The position numbers were made by a program, and so were the translations under genes. Below the pieces are notes generated by a model. It ran no database searches, had not been told where the DNA came from, and saw only the letters and a list, made by a program, of their open reading frames with translations. Shown here piece by piece: positions 1-10,350 of a stretch of DNA of 64,000 nucleotides (positions are counted from its first letter, which is position 1; each line of letters starts with the position of its first letter). This DNA comes from Actinomycetes bacterium (lineage in GTDB: Bacteria; Actinomycetota; Thermoleophilia; BMS3ABIN01), in the NCBI GenBank assembly GCA_021791195.1, contig JAJYXB010000017.1:13422-77421 (forward strand), read 5' to 3'.

Positions 1-245
1 ACTGCGAGCGCTATCTGAACAAGGGGCGCCAGGTGGCGATCGACGGCCGGCTGAGCTACCGGTCCTGGGAGGCCCAGGACGGCAGCAAGCGCTCGAAGGT
101 CGAAGTCGTCGCCAACACAGTGCAGTTTCTGGGCTCGCGTGAAGGCGGCGGCGCGCCGGTCGCGGCCGGATCCGCTTCAGGGCTCACGCCCGACACTTCG
201 GATTTCGACCAACCGTCCGCGAGCGACGACGATATCCCGTTTTAA
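1..245 (+). CDS. ssb: single-stranded DNA-binding protein, 3' partial (runs off window start)
   Basis: ORF ends in an acidic tail ...SASDDDIPF, the classic SSB C-terminal protein-interaction tip. Gly/Ala/Ser-rich linker upstream. Followed by rpsR as in the rpsF-ssb-rpsR operon. Confidence 0.8.
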   Translation, partial: CERYLNKGRQVAIDGRLSYRSWEAQDGSKRSKVEVVANTVQFLGSREGGGAPVAAGSASGLTPDTSDFDQPSASDDDIPF

Positions 246-334
246 CCCGCACGGCCGGGCGCGCTCCGGCGCGCCCGCAGTCACAAATACAACTGTTCGC
301 AGCAGAAGCTGACAACATCAAAGGAAGGAAAAAT

Positions 335-613
335 ATGCCCGCACCCAGAGGAGGATCACGCAAGACCAGCAAGCGCCCATCGTGGCGCGGGGGCTTTCAG
401 GGAGGCCAGCGGCGCAAGTACTGCTACTTTTGCAAGGAGAAAGTCGAGCACATCGACTACAAGAACTATAACCAGCTGAGGCGCTTCGTCTCCGATCGCG
501 GCAAGATCCGCGCCCGGCGTGTCACCGGCACCTGCCGGCGCCACCAGAATCAGCTGGCGACCGCGATCAAGCGTGCCCGCGAGGTAGCCCTGCTGCCTTA
601 CGTGGCGCGTTAA
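335..613 (+). CDS. rpsR: 30S ribosomal protein S18
   Basis: 92-aa basic protein with ...[14 protein letters not shown]...[22 protein letters not shown]..., characteristic of S18. Position after ssb. Confidence 0.9.
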   Translation: MPAPRGGSRKTSKRPSWRGGFQGGQRRKYCYFCKEKVEHIDYKNYNQLRRFVSDRGKIRARRVTGTCRRHQNQLATAIKRAREVALLPYVAR

Positions 614-647
614 TGCGGGCCAGCTGCCAAAGAAGAGGCGGCTTCTT

Positions 648-1613
648 TTGAGTGGCATCTCAACAAACGCGTTAGTCGATGGCGGCAAGGCGGCCGGGCT
701 GTCCGTCCTTTTTGGCCTGGTGCTGGCTTTCATGCCGGTGCTGGCCATCCTGGCGGTGCCTTTGCTGCCGATCCCGGTCGCGTATGTCATCGCCCGCCAT
801 GGCCTGGCGCCGGGAGGGCTGACCGCTCTGGCGGCGGGCGCGCTGCTGATCGCCGTCGAGCCGTTCAGCGGCATCCTGGCCTTTTTGCTGATGGCGTTGG
901 CGGGGACCGGCGCCGGCATCATGCTCAGGCGCGGCGCCAGCCAGGCGCGGCTGCTGGCGGTGCTGTCGGCACTGTTCCTTGCCGCCATGGTAATCTGGGC
1001 GGCGGTGGTGATGCTCAGCACCGGCATGGGTCCGGTAGAAGCCGTGCACAACGTCACGGGCCAGATGCTGGCGGCAGGGCAGCAGTCATCTTCGCTGATC
1101 GGCGGCCAGGACGGGCTCAACCAGCTGCGCGACATCCTTGACCTGATGCCGTACCTGCTGCCGTCGTTGATGCTGGTCGCTGCCATGGCTTTCTCGGCGA
1201 TCGCCGTGTTTCTGGCCCGGCCGGTTTTCGCCCGTCTGGACCAGGAATTTCCGGCGGGCGCGCCGTTTCGCGACCTGAGGCTGCACTATTCCCTGGCCTA
1301 CCTGATGATCGGCGGGCTGGTGTGTTACCTGGTGTCGCCGTTTGTGTCTGACAGCGCCTCCAGCGTGATCTATCTGGTGGGGCTGAACATGCTGATCGTC
1401 TCGCAGGCGCTTTTTTTCGTGCAGGCCATCGCGATCGCATATTATTTTCTGACGCAATATAACGTCTCCAGAGTGAAGCGCATCGGTGTCTACGCCTGCC
1501 TGGTGCTATTGCAGATGACCCTGTCGCTGCCCAGCTGGATGGCGCTGTTCGACATCTGGTTCGATTATCGCCGGCGTTTTGCCAAAAAAGGAAAGATCAG
1601 TCAAAGCAGTTAA
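648..1613 (+). CDS. polytopic membrane protein, DUF2232/YybS-like
   Basis: 321-aa strongly hydrophobic ORF with a TTG start. Sits between rpsR and rplI where yybS lies in firmicute-type genomes. Confidence 0.5.
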   Translation: MSGISTNALVDGGKAAGLSVLFGLVLAFMPVLAILAVPLLPIPVAYVIARHGLAPGGLTALAAGALLIAVEPFSGILAFLLMALAGTGAGIMLRRGASQARLLAVLSALFLAAMVIWAAVVMLSTGMGPVEAVHNVTGQMLAAGQQSSSLIGGQDGLNQLRDILDLMPYLLPSLMLVAAMAFSAIAVFLARPVFARLDQEFPAGAPFRDLRLHYSLAYLMIGGLVCYLVSPFVSDSASSVIYLVGLNMLIVSQALFFVQAIAIAYYFLTQYNVSRVKRIGVYACLVLLQMTLSLPSWMALFDIWFDYRRRFAKKGKISQSS

Positions 1614-1661
1614 GCCGCCGCAGTGCAGGCTCAATCAAAAGAGAAGAGAGGAGATTTCCCC

Positions 1662-2111
1662 ATGGACATGATATTGTTGCAGGACGTGGCTGGCCTCGGT
1701 CAGAAGGGACAGGTAGTGACGGCCGCGGACGGTTACGCGCGCAACTTTCTGCTTCCGCGGAAGCTGGCGGAGATCGCCACCCCCGGCCGCGTGGCGGAGG
1801 TCCGCCGCCGGCAGGAGGAGGCCGAAGTGAAGGTCCTGCGCGACGCCGAACGCGCCGATGAGCTGGCAGAGACGCTGGGCAAGACCGTGCTCACGGTCAC
1901 GGCGCAGGCGGGCGAGGACGGCAAGCTGTTCGGCTCTGTCACCGCCGCCGACATCTCTGACGCGATCTACGATGCCCGCAAGGTGCGCGTCGACAAGAAG
2001 AAGATCAGCCTGCCGGAGCCGATCAAGGAAACCGGCGACTATATGGTGGAGATCGAAGTCCACAGCGGCGTCAACGCCACCACCAAGGTGATCGTTGCCG
2101 CCGCCAGATAA
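1662..2111 (+). CDS. rplI: 50S ribosomal protein L9
   Basis: N-terminus MDMILLQDVAGLGQKGQVVTAADGYARNFLLPRKLA matches the L9 signature. AGAGGAG RBS upstream of the internal ATG. Confidence 0.85.
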   Translation: MDMILLQDVAGLGQKGQVVTAADGYARNFLLPRKLAEIATPGRVAEVRRRQEEAEVKVLRDAERADELAETLGKTVLTVTAQAGEDGKLFGSVTAADISDAIYDARKVRVDKKKISLPEPIKETGDYMVEIEVHSGVNATTKVIVAAAR

Positions 2112-2129
2112 ATCACTAAAAGGATCGTC

Positions 2130-3467
2130 ATGGCCCGCGAGCTGAAGCCGACCGCAGCCATCCCTCCGCAAAACCTCGAGGCGGAAGAATCCGTGCTGGG
2201 GGCGATGATGATGTCCCCCGGGGCGATCATCTCTGCCCTCGACCAGTTGCATCGCACTGACTTTTACCGCGATTCGCACCGGGAGATCTATGGCAGCATC
2301 GTCGATCTGTTCAACCAGGGCGAGCCGGTGGACCAGATTACGGTCACCGAACACCTGGCGCACCGCGGGGTTCTGGAGCGGGTTGGCGGGAAGGCATACA
2401 TCCATACGCTGGTGTCGACCGTACCGGTAACGGCCAACGCCGCCCATTATGCCCGCATCGTCCGCGAGAACGCCATCCTCCGGTCGCTGATCGATGTCGG
2501 CAACCGCATCACTGCGCTCGGCTATGATCGTCCGGGCGAGGTGCGGGAACTGCTGGACCGCTGCGAGAGCATGGTGTTCGAGATCTCGCAGGAGCAGATC
2601 AAGGGCGAGTTCCGTCACATGAAGGAACTGCTCTCCGACCAGTTCGAGCGGATCGAGAAGCTGCACGAGGCGGGCAAGGCGATCACCGGTGTTCCCACCG
2701 GTTTTCATGACCTCGACAAAAAGACCTCCGGCTTCCAGCAGTCCAACCTGATCATCCTGGCGGCGCGGCCCTCGATGGGCAAGACGGCGCTGGCGCTGAA
2801 CCTGGCGCAGAACATCGCCGTCAAGCAGGGCATCCCCGTGGCCCTGTTCAGTCTGGAGATGAGCGAGATGGAGCTGGCGCAGCGAATGATGTGCACCCAG
2901 GGCCGGATCGACAGCGAGCGCCTGCGCAACGGCGCGGTCAGCGCCGACGACTGGACGAAGCTGACCGAGGCCTGCACCCTTTTGCAAAAAGCGCCTATTT
3001 ATGTTGACGATACGCCGAACATGAACATGCTCGAGATCCGCGCCAAGACGCGGCGGCTGAAGAGCAAGCATCCCGACCTGGGCCTGGTGATCGTCGACTA
3101 CCTGCAGCTGATGATGTCTGACGAGCGGGTCGAGAGCCGGCAGCAGGAAATCTCGAAGATTTCCCGTTCGATGAAGATCCTGGCGCGCGAGCTCGAGTTG
3201 CCGCTGCTGGCGATCTCGCAGCTTTCGCGGGCGGTGGAATCGCGGACGCCGCCGCGGCCGGTCCTTTCCGATTTAAGGGAGTCAGGAGCGATCGAGCAGG
3301 ACGCCGACGTCGTGATGTTCATCTACCGGCCGCGTGACGAGTCCGGCAAGCTGGAAAACACTGCCGAGCTGATCATCGCCAAGCACCGCAACGGTCCCAC
3401 GGGCACGGTCGACCTGGTATTCACGGAAAAATATACCTCGTTTGCCAGCGCCGCCCGGCGCGCCTAG
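2130..3467 (+). CDS. dnaB: replicative DNA helicase DnaB
   Basis: PPQNLEAEESVLGAMM N-terminal motif. Walker A ARPSMGKTALALN, Walker B IVDYLQLM, RecA-like C-terminal domain. 445 aa. Confidence 0.9.
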   Translation: MARELKPTAAIPPQNLEAEESVLGAMMMSPGAIISALDQLHRTDFYRDSHREIYGSIVDLFNQGEPVDQITVTEHLAHRGVLERVGGKAYIHTLVSTVPVTANAAHYARIVRENAILRSLIDVGNRITALGYDRPGEVRELLDRCESMVFEISQEQIKGEFRHMKELLSDQFERIEKLHEAGKAITGVPTGFHDLDKKTSGFQQSNLIILAARPSMGKTALALNLAQNIAVKQGIPVALFSLEMSEMELAQRMMCTQGRIDSERLRNGAVSADDWTKLTEACTLLQKAPIYVDDTPNMNMLEIRAKTRRLKSKHPDLGLVIVDYLQLMMSDERVESRQQEISKISRSMKILARELELPLLAISQLSRAVESRTPPRPVLSDLRESGAIEQDADVVMFIYRPRDESGKLENTAELIIAKHRNGPTGTVDLVFTEKYTSFASAARRA

Positions 3468-3523
3468 AGCGAAGAGACCAGAAGCCAGGGGGTCACGACC
3501 TGCAACCGCCAGTTGAAAATCCA

Positions 3524-5041
3524 GTGCCGGCAGGCAGCGATCTGCGCCCCGCCGCGCGACTCCTTTCCCGGGCCCGAACCGTCAGCCATTTGCCGATCGA
3601 GGCGGCGCACTGGCACCCGGCGGCGCTGATCCGCCGCCTCGGGCTCGCCGGCGCCGGCCCGTTCGTGCTGCTTGACAGCGCCGGTGGCGCTCCCGGACTG
3701 TGCCGCTTCTCCTTCCTCGCCTGGGACCCGCGGCTGGTGCTCATGGTGCGTTACGGCCGGGCGCGGATCAGCAGCGGCGGAGACGGCGTAACCATCAAGA
3801 CCGGCGACCCGTTCAGGCTGCTGCGGCAGCTGTCCGACGTTCTGGAGCCGGCGAACCCGCCAAATATCGCCGGCCTGCCGGTAGCCGGCGGCGCCTTCGG
3901 GCTGGTCGGCTACGACGCCGGCCGCTACATCGAGCGGCTGCCGAGCCTCGCGGCCGACGACCTCGAGCTGCCGGAGCTCGGCTTCATTTTCCCCCGGCGG
4001 CTGATCTGCTTCGACCACGGCAGCGGCGCCGCCCATCTCCTGTTCGAGGATGCCGCGCCTGACGAGCTGCGGGCCGCGGCGCAGGCGCTCGACAACAGCG
4101 CCGGCAGCCGGCCGCCACAGGCGCCGGAATCGCTGGGCCGTCACGCATTCGGCCACAGCGCCGTCACGCGCTCCAACCTGACAAGACCAAGCTTCGAACA
4201 TATGGTCAGGCGGGCGAAGGAATTTATCCTCGCCGGAGACATCTTCCAGTCCAATCTGTCACAGCGGCTGGAGCTCCCCTATGCCGGTGACAGCCTTCTG
4301 CTTTACGAGGCCCTGCGTGCGGTCAATCCGTCACCCTTTGCCGGTTATCTGGATTTCGGCGCCGGCCCGTCCGGCTTCCAGCTGATCTCATCCTCGCCCG
4401 AGCGGCTGGTGCAGCTGGAGGGGCGCCGGGCGCAGACGCGGCCGATCGCCGGCACCCGCCGCCGCGGCACTGATTGCGCCGAGGACGGTGTTTTGACCGA
4501 AGAACTGAACCTTGATCCCAAGGAGCGCGCCGAGCACATCATGCTCGTGGACCTGGAGCGCAACGATCTGGGCCGCGTCTGCGATTACGGCAGCGTGCGC
4601 GTCAACGAGCTGATGGTGAACGAGGCCTACTCGCATGTGATCCACATCGTCTCCAATGTCCAGGGGATCCTGCACCCGGAACGGGACGCGCTGGACCTGC
4701 TAAGGGCGATGTTCCCCGGCGGCACCATCACCGGCTGTCCCAAGGTCAGGTGCATGGAGATCATCGACGAGCTGGAACCGGTCAGGCGCGGCGCCTACAC
4801 TGGCAGCTTCGGCTATATCGGCTACAACGGCAACATGGACATGAACATCATCATCCGCACGCTGGTGCGCCGGGCCGGCCGGGTCTACGCCCAGGCTGGC
4901 GCTGGTATCGTCGCCGATTCCGATCCCGGCAGGGAGTTTCGCGAAACTCTGCGGAAGTCGGAGGCGATGGTGAAGGCTGTGCAGCTTGCCGAGAAATGGC
5001 AGGCTGCGGGAACGGAACGGGAATCGATCCGCAGGATGTGA
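3524..5041 (+). CDS. pabB: chorismate-binding enzyme, aminodeoxychorismate synthase component I-like (PabB/TrpE family)
   Basis: C-terminal chorismate-binding motifs ERNDLGRV..., GAYTGSFGYIG..., IRT. Followed by a class IV aminotransferase (PabC-like). Confidence 0.7.
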   Translation: MPAGSDLRPAARLLSRARTVSHLPIEAAHWHPAALIRRLGLAGAGPFVLLDSAGGAPGLCRFSFLAWDPRLVLMVRYGRARISSGGDGVTIKTGDPFRLLRQLSDVLEPANPPNIAGLPVAGGAFGLVGYDAGRYIERLPSLAADDLELPELGFIFPRRLICFDHGSGAAHLLFEDAAPDELRAAAQALDNSAGSRPPQAPESLGRHAFGHSAVTRSNLTRPSFEHMVRRAKEFILAGDIFQSNLSQRLELPYAGDSLLLYEALRAVNPSPFAGYLDFGAGPSGFQLISSSPERLVQLEGRRAQTRPIAGTRRRGTDCAEDGVLTEELNLDPKERAEHIMLVDLERNDLGRVCDYGSVRVNELMVNEAYSHVIHIVSNVQGILHPERDALDLLRAMFPGGTITGCPKVRCMEIIDELEPVRRGAYTGSFGYIGYNGNMDMNIIIRTLVRRAGRVYAQAGAGIVADSDPGREFRETLRKSEAMVKAVQLAEKWQAAGTERESIRRM

Positions 5042-5044
5042 GAT

Positions 5045-5908
5045 TTGACCTACGTTTACCTCAACAGCCGCATGCTTCCGGCCCAGGCCGCCATGGTGCC
5101 GGTATTCGACCGCGGCTTTGCCTACGGCGATGCCCTGTTCGAGACGCTGAAACTGACGCGCGGCCGGCCGGTTTTTTTCCGCGAGCACTACCGGCGCCTG
5201 ATGCGCGGTCTGCGCGAGGCGGGCATTGAGACGGCTATCGATCATGACGGCCTGCTGGGCCAGGTGCTCTCGCTGGCCGAGGCGAACCAGGCTCACAGCG
5301 GCCGGCTGAGGATCCAGGTGACGCGCGGAACTCCGCCCGCGCCCGGCGGCCCGGAGCCGCTGCCCGGCACCGAGCCGGTGCTGCTGGTAACCGCCGAGCC
5401 ATTCGCCGGTTATCCGGAAGCAGTCTACGCCGAGGGCATCGCCTGCCGCACGGTGCCGTTCAACCGGGGGCGCTACGCACGACTGAAATCGACCAACCTG
5501 ATGGGTGTCATCCTGGCGCGGCAAGAAGCGCACGCCGCCGGCGCCCAGGAGGCGATTCTCACCAGCGGGCATGGCGGGATGCTGGAGGGGTCCTACAGCA
5601 ACATTTTTTTCCTTCAGGGAGGCAGGCTGATCACGGCGGCCGGGCAGAATATCCTCGCCGGCGTGACGCGGGACAAGGTGCTGGGACTGGCGGAATCCGC
5701 CGGCCTGGAGGTGGAACTGCGGGCGCCGCAGCTCAAGGAGCTGTCCCGGCATACGACGTCGCCGTTCCTGACCAGCAGCGTGCTGGGCCTCTGCCCCGTG
5801 CGCGAGATCGACGGCGACGGCTTCAGCCGCGACGGCCGCGTCGCCGGACTGGCGGCGCGCCTGGCTGCCCTGGAAGAGGCATCAATCGAGGCGCTGGCGG
5901 TTCCCTAG
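5045..5908 (+). CDS. pabC: aminotransferase class IV / aminodeoxychorismate lyase-like
   Basis: [11 protein letters not shown] motif and 287-aa fold-type IV size. Abuts the pabB-like gene. Confidence 0.65.
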   Translation: MTYVYLNSRMLPAQAAMVPVFDRGFAYGDALFETLKLTRGRPVFFREHYRRLMRGLREAGIETAIDHDGLLGQVLSLAEANQAHSGRLRIQVTRGTPPAPGGPEPLPGTEPVLLVTAEPFAGYPEAVYAEGIACRTVPFNRGRYARLKSTNLMGVILARQEAHAAGAQEAILTSGHGGMLEGSYSNIFFLQGGRLITAAGQNILAGVTRDKVLGLAESAGLEVELRAPQLKELSRHTTSPFLTSSVLGLCPVREIDGDGFSRDGRVAGLAARLAALEEASIEALAVP

Positions 5909-6891
5909 CGGGCAGCGCCGGCGCTAATCTGCTTCTGTACCAGTTCCAGATCGCTGTCAACCATCATCTGCACCAGCTGCTCGAAGGATACCCGCGGCTG
6001 CCAGCCCAGCTTTTCCCTGGATTTTTTCGGGTCGCCGATAAGCATGTCGACTTCGGCGGGGCGAACAAAGCGGGGGTCGATCCGGACGTGGTCTTTCCAG
6101 TTCAGCCCCACGTGGCCGAATGCGGTCTCCACCAGTTCCTGGACCGAATGAGTCTCGCCGGTGGCGATCACGTAGTCATCCGGTTCTTCCTGCTGCAGCA
6201 TCATCCACATCATTTCCACGTAATCGAGGGCGTAGCCCCAGTCGCGCTTGGCGTCCAGGTTGCCGAGCGCCACCTCGTTCTGCAGTCCCAGCTTGATGCG
6301 GGCGACGGCGTCGGTGACCTTGCGGGTGACGAACTCATAACCGCGGCGGGGCGATTCATGGTTGAAGAGGATACCGGAGCAGGCGAACAGGTCGTAGCTC
6401 TCGCGGTAGTTGACGGTGATGAAGTGGCCGTAGACCTTGGCCACTCCGTAAGGGCTGCGCGGATGGAAGGGCGTCTGTTCGGTCTGCGGCGTCTCCTTGA
6501 CTTTACCGAACATCTCTGACGAGGATGCCTGGTAAAACCTGGCATCCTTCTTCACCAGTCGCATGGCTTCGAGCATGCGCGTTACTCCCAGCGCCGTAAA
6601 TTCGGCCGTGAGCACCGGCTTGGTCCACGAGGTGGGCACGAAGCTCTGCGCCGCCAGGTTATAGATCTCTTCCGGCTGCGATTCGCTGATGGCAGAGATC
6701 AGCGACATCTGGTCCAGCAGGTCTGCCTGGATCAGCGTGACGCGATCGCGGATATGTTCGATCCGCTCGAAGTTTTCGGTGCTGGAACGGCGCACCATGC
6801 CGAACACCTGGTAGCCTTTTTCCAGCAGGAATTCCGCCAGATAGGAGCCATCCTGTCCGGTTATGCCTGTAATCAGCGCATTTTTCTGCAT
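5905..6891 (-). CDS. gmd: GDP-mannose 4,6-dehydratase
   Basis: [24 protein letters not shown]-terminus and ...[19 protein letters not shown] (YxxxK) are typical of Gmd. Confidence 0.9.
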   Translation of the reverse strand: MQKNALITGITGQDGSYLAEFLLEKGYQVFGMVRRSSTENFERIEHIRDRVTLIQADLLDQMSLISAISESQPEEIYNLAAQSFVPTSWTKPVLTAEFTALGVTRMLEAMRLVKKDARFYQASSSEMFGKVKETPQTEQTPFHPRSPYGVAKVYGHFITVNYRESYDLFACSGILFNHESPRRGYEFVTRKVTDAVARIKLGLQNEVALGNLDAKRDWGYALDYVEMMWMMLQQEEPDDYVIATGETHSVQELVETAFGHVGLNWKDHVRIDPRFVRPAEVDMLIGDPKKSREKLGWQPRVSFEQLVQMMVDSDLELVQKQISAGAAR

Positions 6892-6936
6892 GAGGTCCCT
6901 TTCGTTATTCTACGGGGGCCGGCGCTCCCGCCTGGA

Positions 6937-7914
6937 TCAGCCGGATTGAGACACCTGGCGCCGCCAGTAATCGAGAGCGTCGCTCAGGCTCTGTTCGAGC
7001 GGCACTTGTGGCTGCCATTCTCCCAGCGACCGCAGGCGGCTGGCGTCGCCAATCACCTGCGGGATGTCCGATGGCCGCATCAGCTCGGGAATCGGCTCCA
7101 CCCGCGGCTGGATTTTGCTGAGCTTAAGCAGTGTATCAAGAATATGCTGGATTTTGTGAGCGGAGCCGGAGGCGATGTTATAAATGCCGCCTGGTTCGCC
7201 TTTGCGTAAAGCCAGCCAGTAGCCGTGGACGATGTCGCGCACGTCGGTGAAATCCCGTGCGGCATCGAGGTTGCCGACTCTCAACACCGGCTCCCGGAGC
7301 CCCGCCTCCATCTCCGCCAGCTGGCTGGCAAAGGCCGGCACCACGAAATTCCCTTTCTGTCCGGGACCGATGTGGTTGAAGGGGCGGGCGATCACGATCG
7401 GCGCGCCGAATGCGTGAAAATACTGCAATCCGATGTATTCCTGGGCAACCTTGCTCGCCGAGTAGGGATTGTTTGGCTTGAGCGGCGTTTGCTCGTCGAT
7501 CGGCATCTGCTCCGGCGGCACCTTGCCGTAGACCTCGCTGGAGCTGATCAGCAGCACCCTTGCCTGCGGCACGGCCTGGTGAATTGCCTGCATCAGTGAC
7601 TGGGTGCAGACGGCGTTGCTCTGGGTGATGGCGACCGCATCTTCCCAGGCGCCGGCCACCTGCGCGCGGGCCGCCAGATGCACGACCGCCTCGGGCCGCT
7701 CCCGCGCTAGCACTTCCGCCACCCGGCCGGAATCGGCCAGATCGCAGCAATGGACCGGCGGCGGCGCGTCACCGAAGCCAGCATTGAACTCTTCCGACGC
7801 GGGCCGCAGGTCCAGCCCGGAGACCTCGATGCCCTCGCCGCGCAGATAAGCGGACAGATGGCTGCCGGCAAAGCCGGTGATTCCGGTGACCAGGACCTTC
7901 ACGCAGTTCTCCAC
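6937..7914 (-). CDS. NAD-dependent epimerase/dehydratase, GDP-4-keto-6-deoxy-D-mannose reductase (Rmd)-like
   Basis: VLVTGITGFAGSHL Rossmann motif, YSASKVAQE catalytic YxxxK, 325 aa. Directly downstream of gmd on the same strand. Confidence 0.6.
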   Translation of the reverse strand: MENCVKVLVTGITGFAGSHLSAYLRGEGIEVSGLDLRPASEEFNAGFGDAPPPVHCCDLADSGRVAEVLARERPEAVVHLAARAQVAGAWEDAVAITQSNAVCTQSLMQAIHQAVPQARVLLISSSEVYGKVPPEQMPIDEQTPLKPNNPYSASKVAQEYIGLQYFHAFGAPIVIARPFNHIGPGQKGNFVVPAFASQLAEMEAGLREPVLRVGNLDAARDFTDVRDIVHGYWLALRKGEPGGIYNIASGSAHKIQHILDTLLKLSKIQPRVEPIPELMRPSDIPQVIGDASRLRSLGEWQPQVPLEQSLSDALDYWRRQVSQSG

Positions 7915-8015
7915 TCTTTAGGGATGGCGCCGCACCCGCCGGGTGTCAGACCAACTGGGAAATTATAGTAGGGGTTCGCGGCAGGTGGCAAACTCCAGCC
8001 GCAGTAACATAAAAA

Positions 8016-8033
8016 GGCGGTCCGAAGACCGCC
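8016..8033 (-). terminator. putative rho-independent terminator after the metallopeptidase gene
   Basis: GGCGGTC-cgaa-GACCGCC hairpin followed, on the minus strand, by a TTTTT run. Confidence 0.4.
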
Positions 8034-8119
8034 TCGAGATTGCATTCATTTAGTGGCGCCTGCCGGGGCGAACCGCAAGCCGTCCGGCGGGAAGCGGGAT
8101 GCGCTCGCACGCCGCCGGG

Positions 8120-8821
8120 TCAGCTTCTCCGGCTGAGCAGGAGCATGCGCACCAGCATCAGGATCGACATCAGCGCCGCAGCCACATAAGTGAGCGCTGC
8201 CGCTCTGAGGACCTTGCGGGCGCCTTCGGCTTCGCCGGAGACAATGATGCCGTTTGACTGCAGCAGCCGCATTGCCCGGCTGGACGCGTCCAGCTCTACC
8301 GGCAGGGTGACGATCTGGAAAACAACCGCGGCGGTAAAGATGACGATGCCGATCGTCATCAGCGGCCGGAAGCTGCTGATGAACAGGCCCATGATGAAGA
8401 TCATCCAGCCGAAATTGGAGCCGAACTGGGCTGCCGGCACCAGCGACGAGCGGACCTTGAGCGGCACGTAGCCGTTTGCGTCCTGCAGCGCATGGCCGGT
8501 TTCGTGCGCGGCCACGCCCAGCGCCGCCAGCGAATGGCCGCGTGCTACGCTCTGGCTGAGCCTGAGCACCCGCTCGCGCGGGTCATAATTATCGGTGAGA
8601 TTCCCGGGTATCTCCTCGATGGCGACATCGGTGAGACCGGCCTGGTTGAGCAGCTGGCGGCTGGCTTGCGCCCCCGTCAGGCCGCTGGCGGCCGGCTGCT
8701 GCGAATATTCGGCGTAGGTGCGTTTGACTTTGTGCTGGGCGTAGGCGGCAAGGATGATCCCGGGGACGAGAACAATCATGCTCGCCAGAAACGCCGGATT
8801 GAAATAGGGGAAAAAGAACAT
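8120..8821 (-). CDS. putative neutral zinc metallopeptidase (YugP/Zn_peptidase_2-like) membrane protein
   Basis: HETGHALQD HExxH motif flanked by transmembrane segments. 233 aa. Confidence 0.65.
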   Translation of the reverse strand: MFFFPYFNPAFLASMIVLVPGIILAAYAQHKVKRTYAEYSQQPAASGLTGAQASRQLLNQAGLTDVAIEEIPGNLTDNYDPRERVLRLSQSVARGHSLAALGVAAHETGHALQDANGYVPLKVRSSLVPAAQFGSNFGWMIFIMGLFISSFRPLMTIGIVIFTAAVVFQIVTLPVELDASSRAMRLLQSNGIIVSGEAEGARKVLRAAALTYVAAALMSILMLVRMLLLSRRS

Positions 8822-8945
8822 ACGGAATCCCTCCGTCAGCCGCGGACGCGGTGCGTCCAGAGCATGGTTATCATGAAAAAATTATATCATAGGGAAAGGG
8901 GGCCGGAGCCGGGCCGGCAAGCGCATCTGTAAAAAATGCGTAAAA

Positions 8946-10220
8946 TCAGGTGACGGTATTGGCGGAGACCTTAGCCGGATCCTCCGCTGCTTCATCGGCG
9001 AGAGCTTCGATGGCTTCCGGTTTTTCCTTGCCGGAGCCGGGATAGAATTTTTTAACCAAAGTCATGACGACCAGCGCGAAAGACACCTCGATCATTGTCT
9101 GCCACAGCCGCGCCAGGATGGCGAAAGCGGAAGCAACGCCCGCCTCGTGGTTGAAGGCAAAGGCCAGCGTGCTTGCGTAGACAAGCTCTCGCACGCCGAT
9201 GCCACTGGGCGACACGAAAACAATCATCGCCAGCAGCCAGGCGAGGGGGACGCTGGCGATCACCACCGGCAGGCCCGTGATGCCGACCGCCGTGACGGAC
9301 CGCAGCAGCGAGAACAGGCCCATGCCGGCCACCGACCAGGTGAAGCAGTAATACAGCACAAACGCCAGCACGGTCCTGAACGGCAGGAACTCCTCGATCG
9401 GCTCGCGGCCGGTCTTGGCAAGCAGGAAGTTGCCGACCTTGCCGAGCACGGCCGGATGCAGTCCGGTAATCGCCAGTGGCGGCAGCAGCAGGATAAGCCA
9501 GACAACGGGCAAGCCGATAACCGGAATCACCGGCGACAGCGTGCGCACGCTGGGCCAAAGCGGCAGCGCTACAGAAACCACCGTGGCGCATCCGGTAGCC
9601 AGCAGCGACTGTTCGTAGACGATGGTGGTCAGCGAAATGCGCTTGGGCACGCCGAAGGGCTCGATCATCATGATCCGGCCCACCACCATCAGCACGTTGC
9701 CGGGAACGTAGCGCGCCAGCAGCGACTTGGACCAGACGAAGGTGCCGGGCAGATGCTTTACCCCGTGGTCGAAGCGGCGCAGGATCAGCAGCCAGCCGCT
9801 CGAATGGCAAACATAAAGGCCGAACAAAAAAATGAAGGAGACGGCCATCCAGGGGATGCTGAAATCCCATTCGCGCCCCGTGATCTGGCTCCAGTCGTGG
9901 TGGATGGCGCGGCCCAGATAAAGGAACACCACGCCAGCCACAACGATCTGGGCGGCGAAGCGCAGACCCTTTTTGCCATAAGTTAGGCCAACCAGCAGGA
10001 TGGCGATCGCCAGCGGAATGATGTCCAGCTTGCCGTTGCCGATGGCAAAGATGCCGGCCCAGCCGTTATCCAGCTCGCGTCTGAGCAACATACCGACGAA
10101 AATTAAGATGCCGCCCGCCAGTACAACCCGAGCAGCATGTCGCAACCACTTCTTGTCTTGAAAGGCTATTGTTTCCCCCGGAGAGTGAAGGGCGCCGATC
10201 GTCGCCGCCTCTTTAATCAT
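8946..10220 (-). CDS. MprF-flippase-like / LPG_synthase_TM (UPF0104) family membrane protein
   Basis: ~425-aa polytopic membrane protein. C-terminal charged tail. Start taken at internal ATG (MIKEAAT) to avoid overlap with ddl. Confidence 0.45.
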   Translation of the reverse strand: MIKEAATIGALHSPGETIAFQDKKWLRHAARVVLAGGILIFVGMLLRRELDNGWAGIFAIGNGKLDIIPLAIAILLVGLTYGKKGLRFAAQIVVAGVVFLYLGRAIHHDWSQITGREWDFSIPWMAVSFIFLFGLYVCHSSGWLLILRRFDHGVKHLPGTFVWSKSLLARYVPGNVLMVVGRIMMIEPFGVPKRISLTTIVYEQSLLATGCATVVSVALPLWPSVRTLSPVIPVIGLPVVWLILLLPPLAITGLHPAVLGKVGNFLLAKTGREPIEEFLPFRTVLAFVLYYCFTWSVAGMGLFSLLRSVTAVGITGLPVVIASVPLAWLLAMIVFVSPSGIGVRELVYASTLAFAFNHEAGVASAFAILARLWQTMIEVSFALVVMTLVKKFYPGSGKEKPEAIEALADEAAEDPAKVSANTVT

Positions 10221-10350
10221 ACTAGCCGGTCTGCAGGAAAAAAAGCGATCGGACTGTTTCCGGCGCGGCGGGCAAAGCAAGGGGTGCGCGCCGGGAAAGC
10301 AGTGGGATATAATGTCATCCCAGTTTGCGCGCATATCATCCGGAAACTGG

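Noticed and set aside
1635-3071. 478-aa minus-strand ORF
   Set aside because: Antisense to rplI and dnaB, which have unambiguous signatures.
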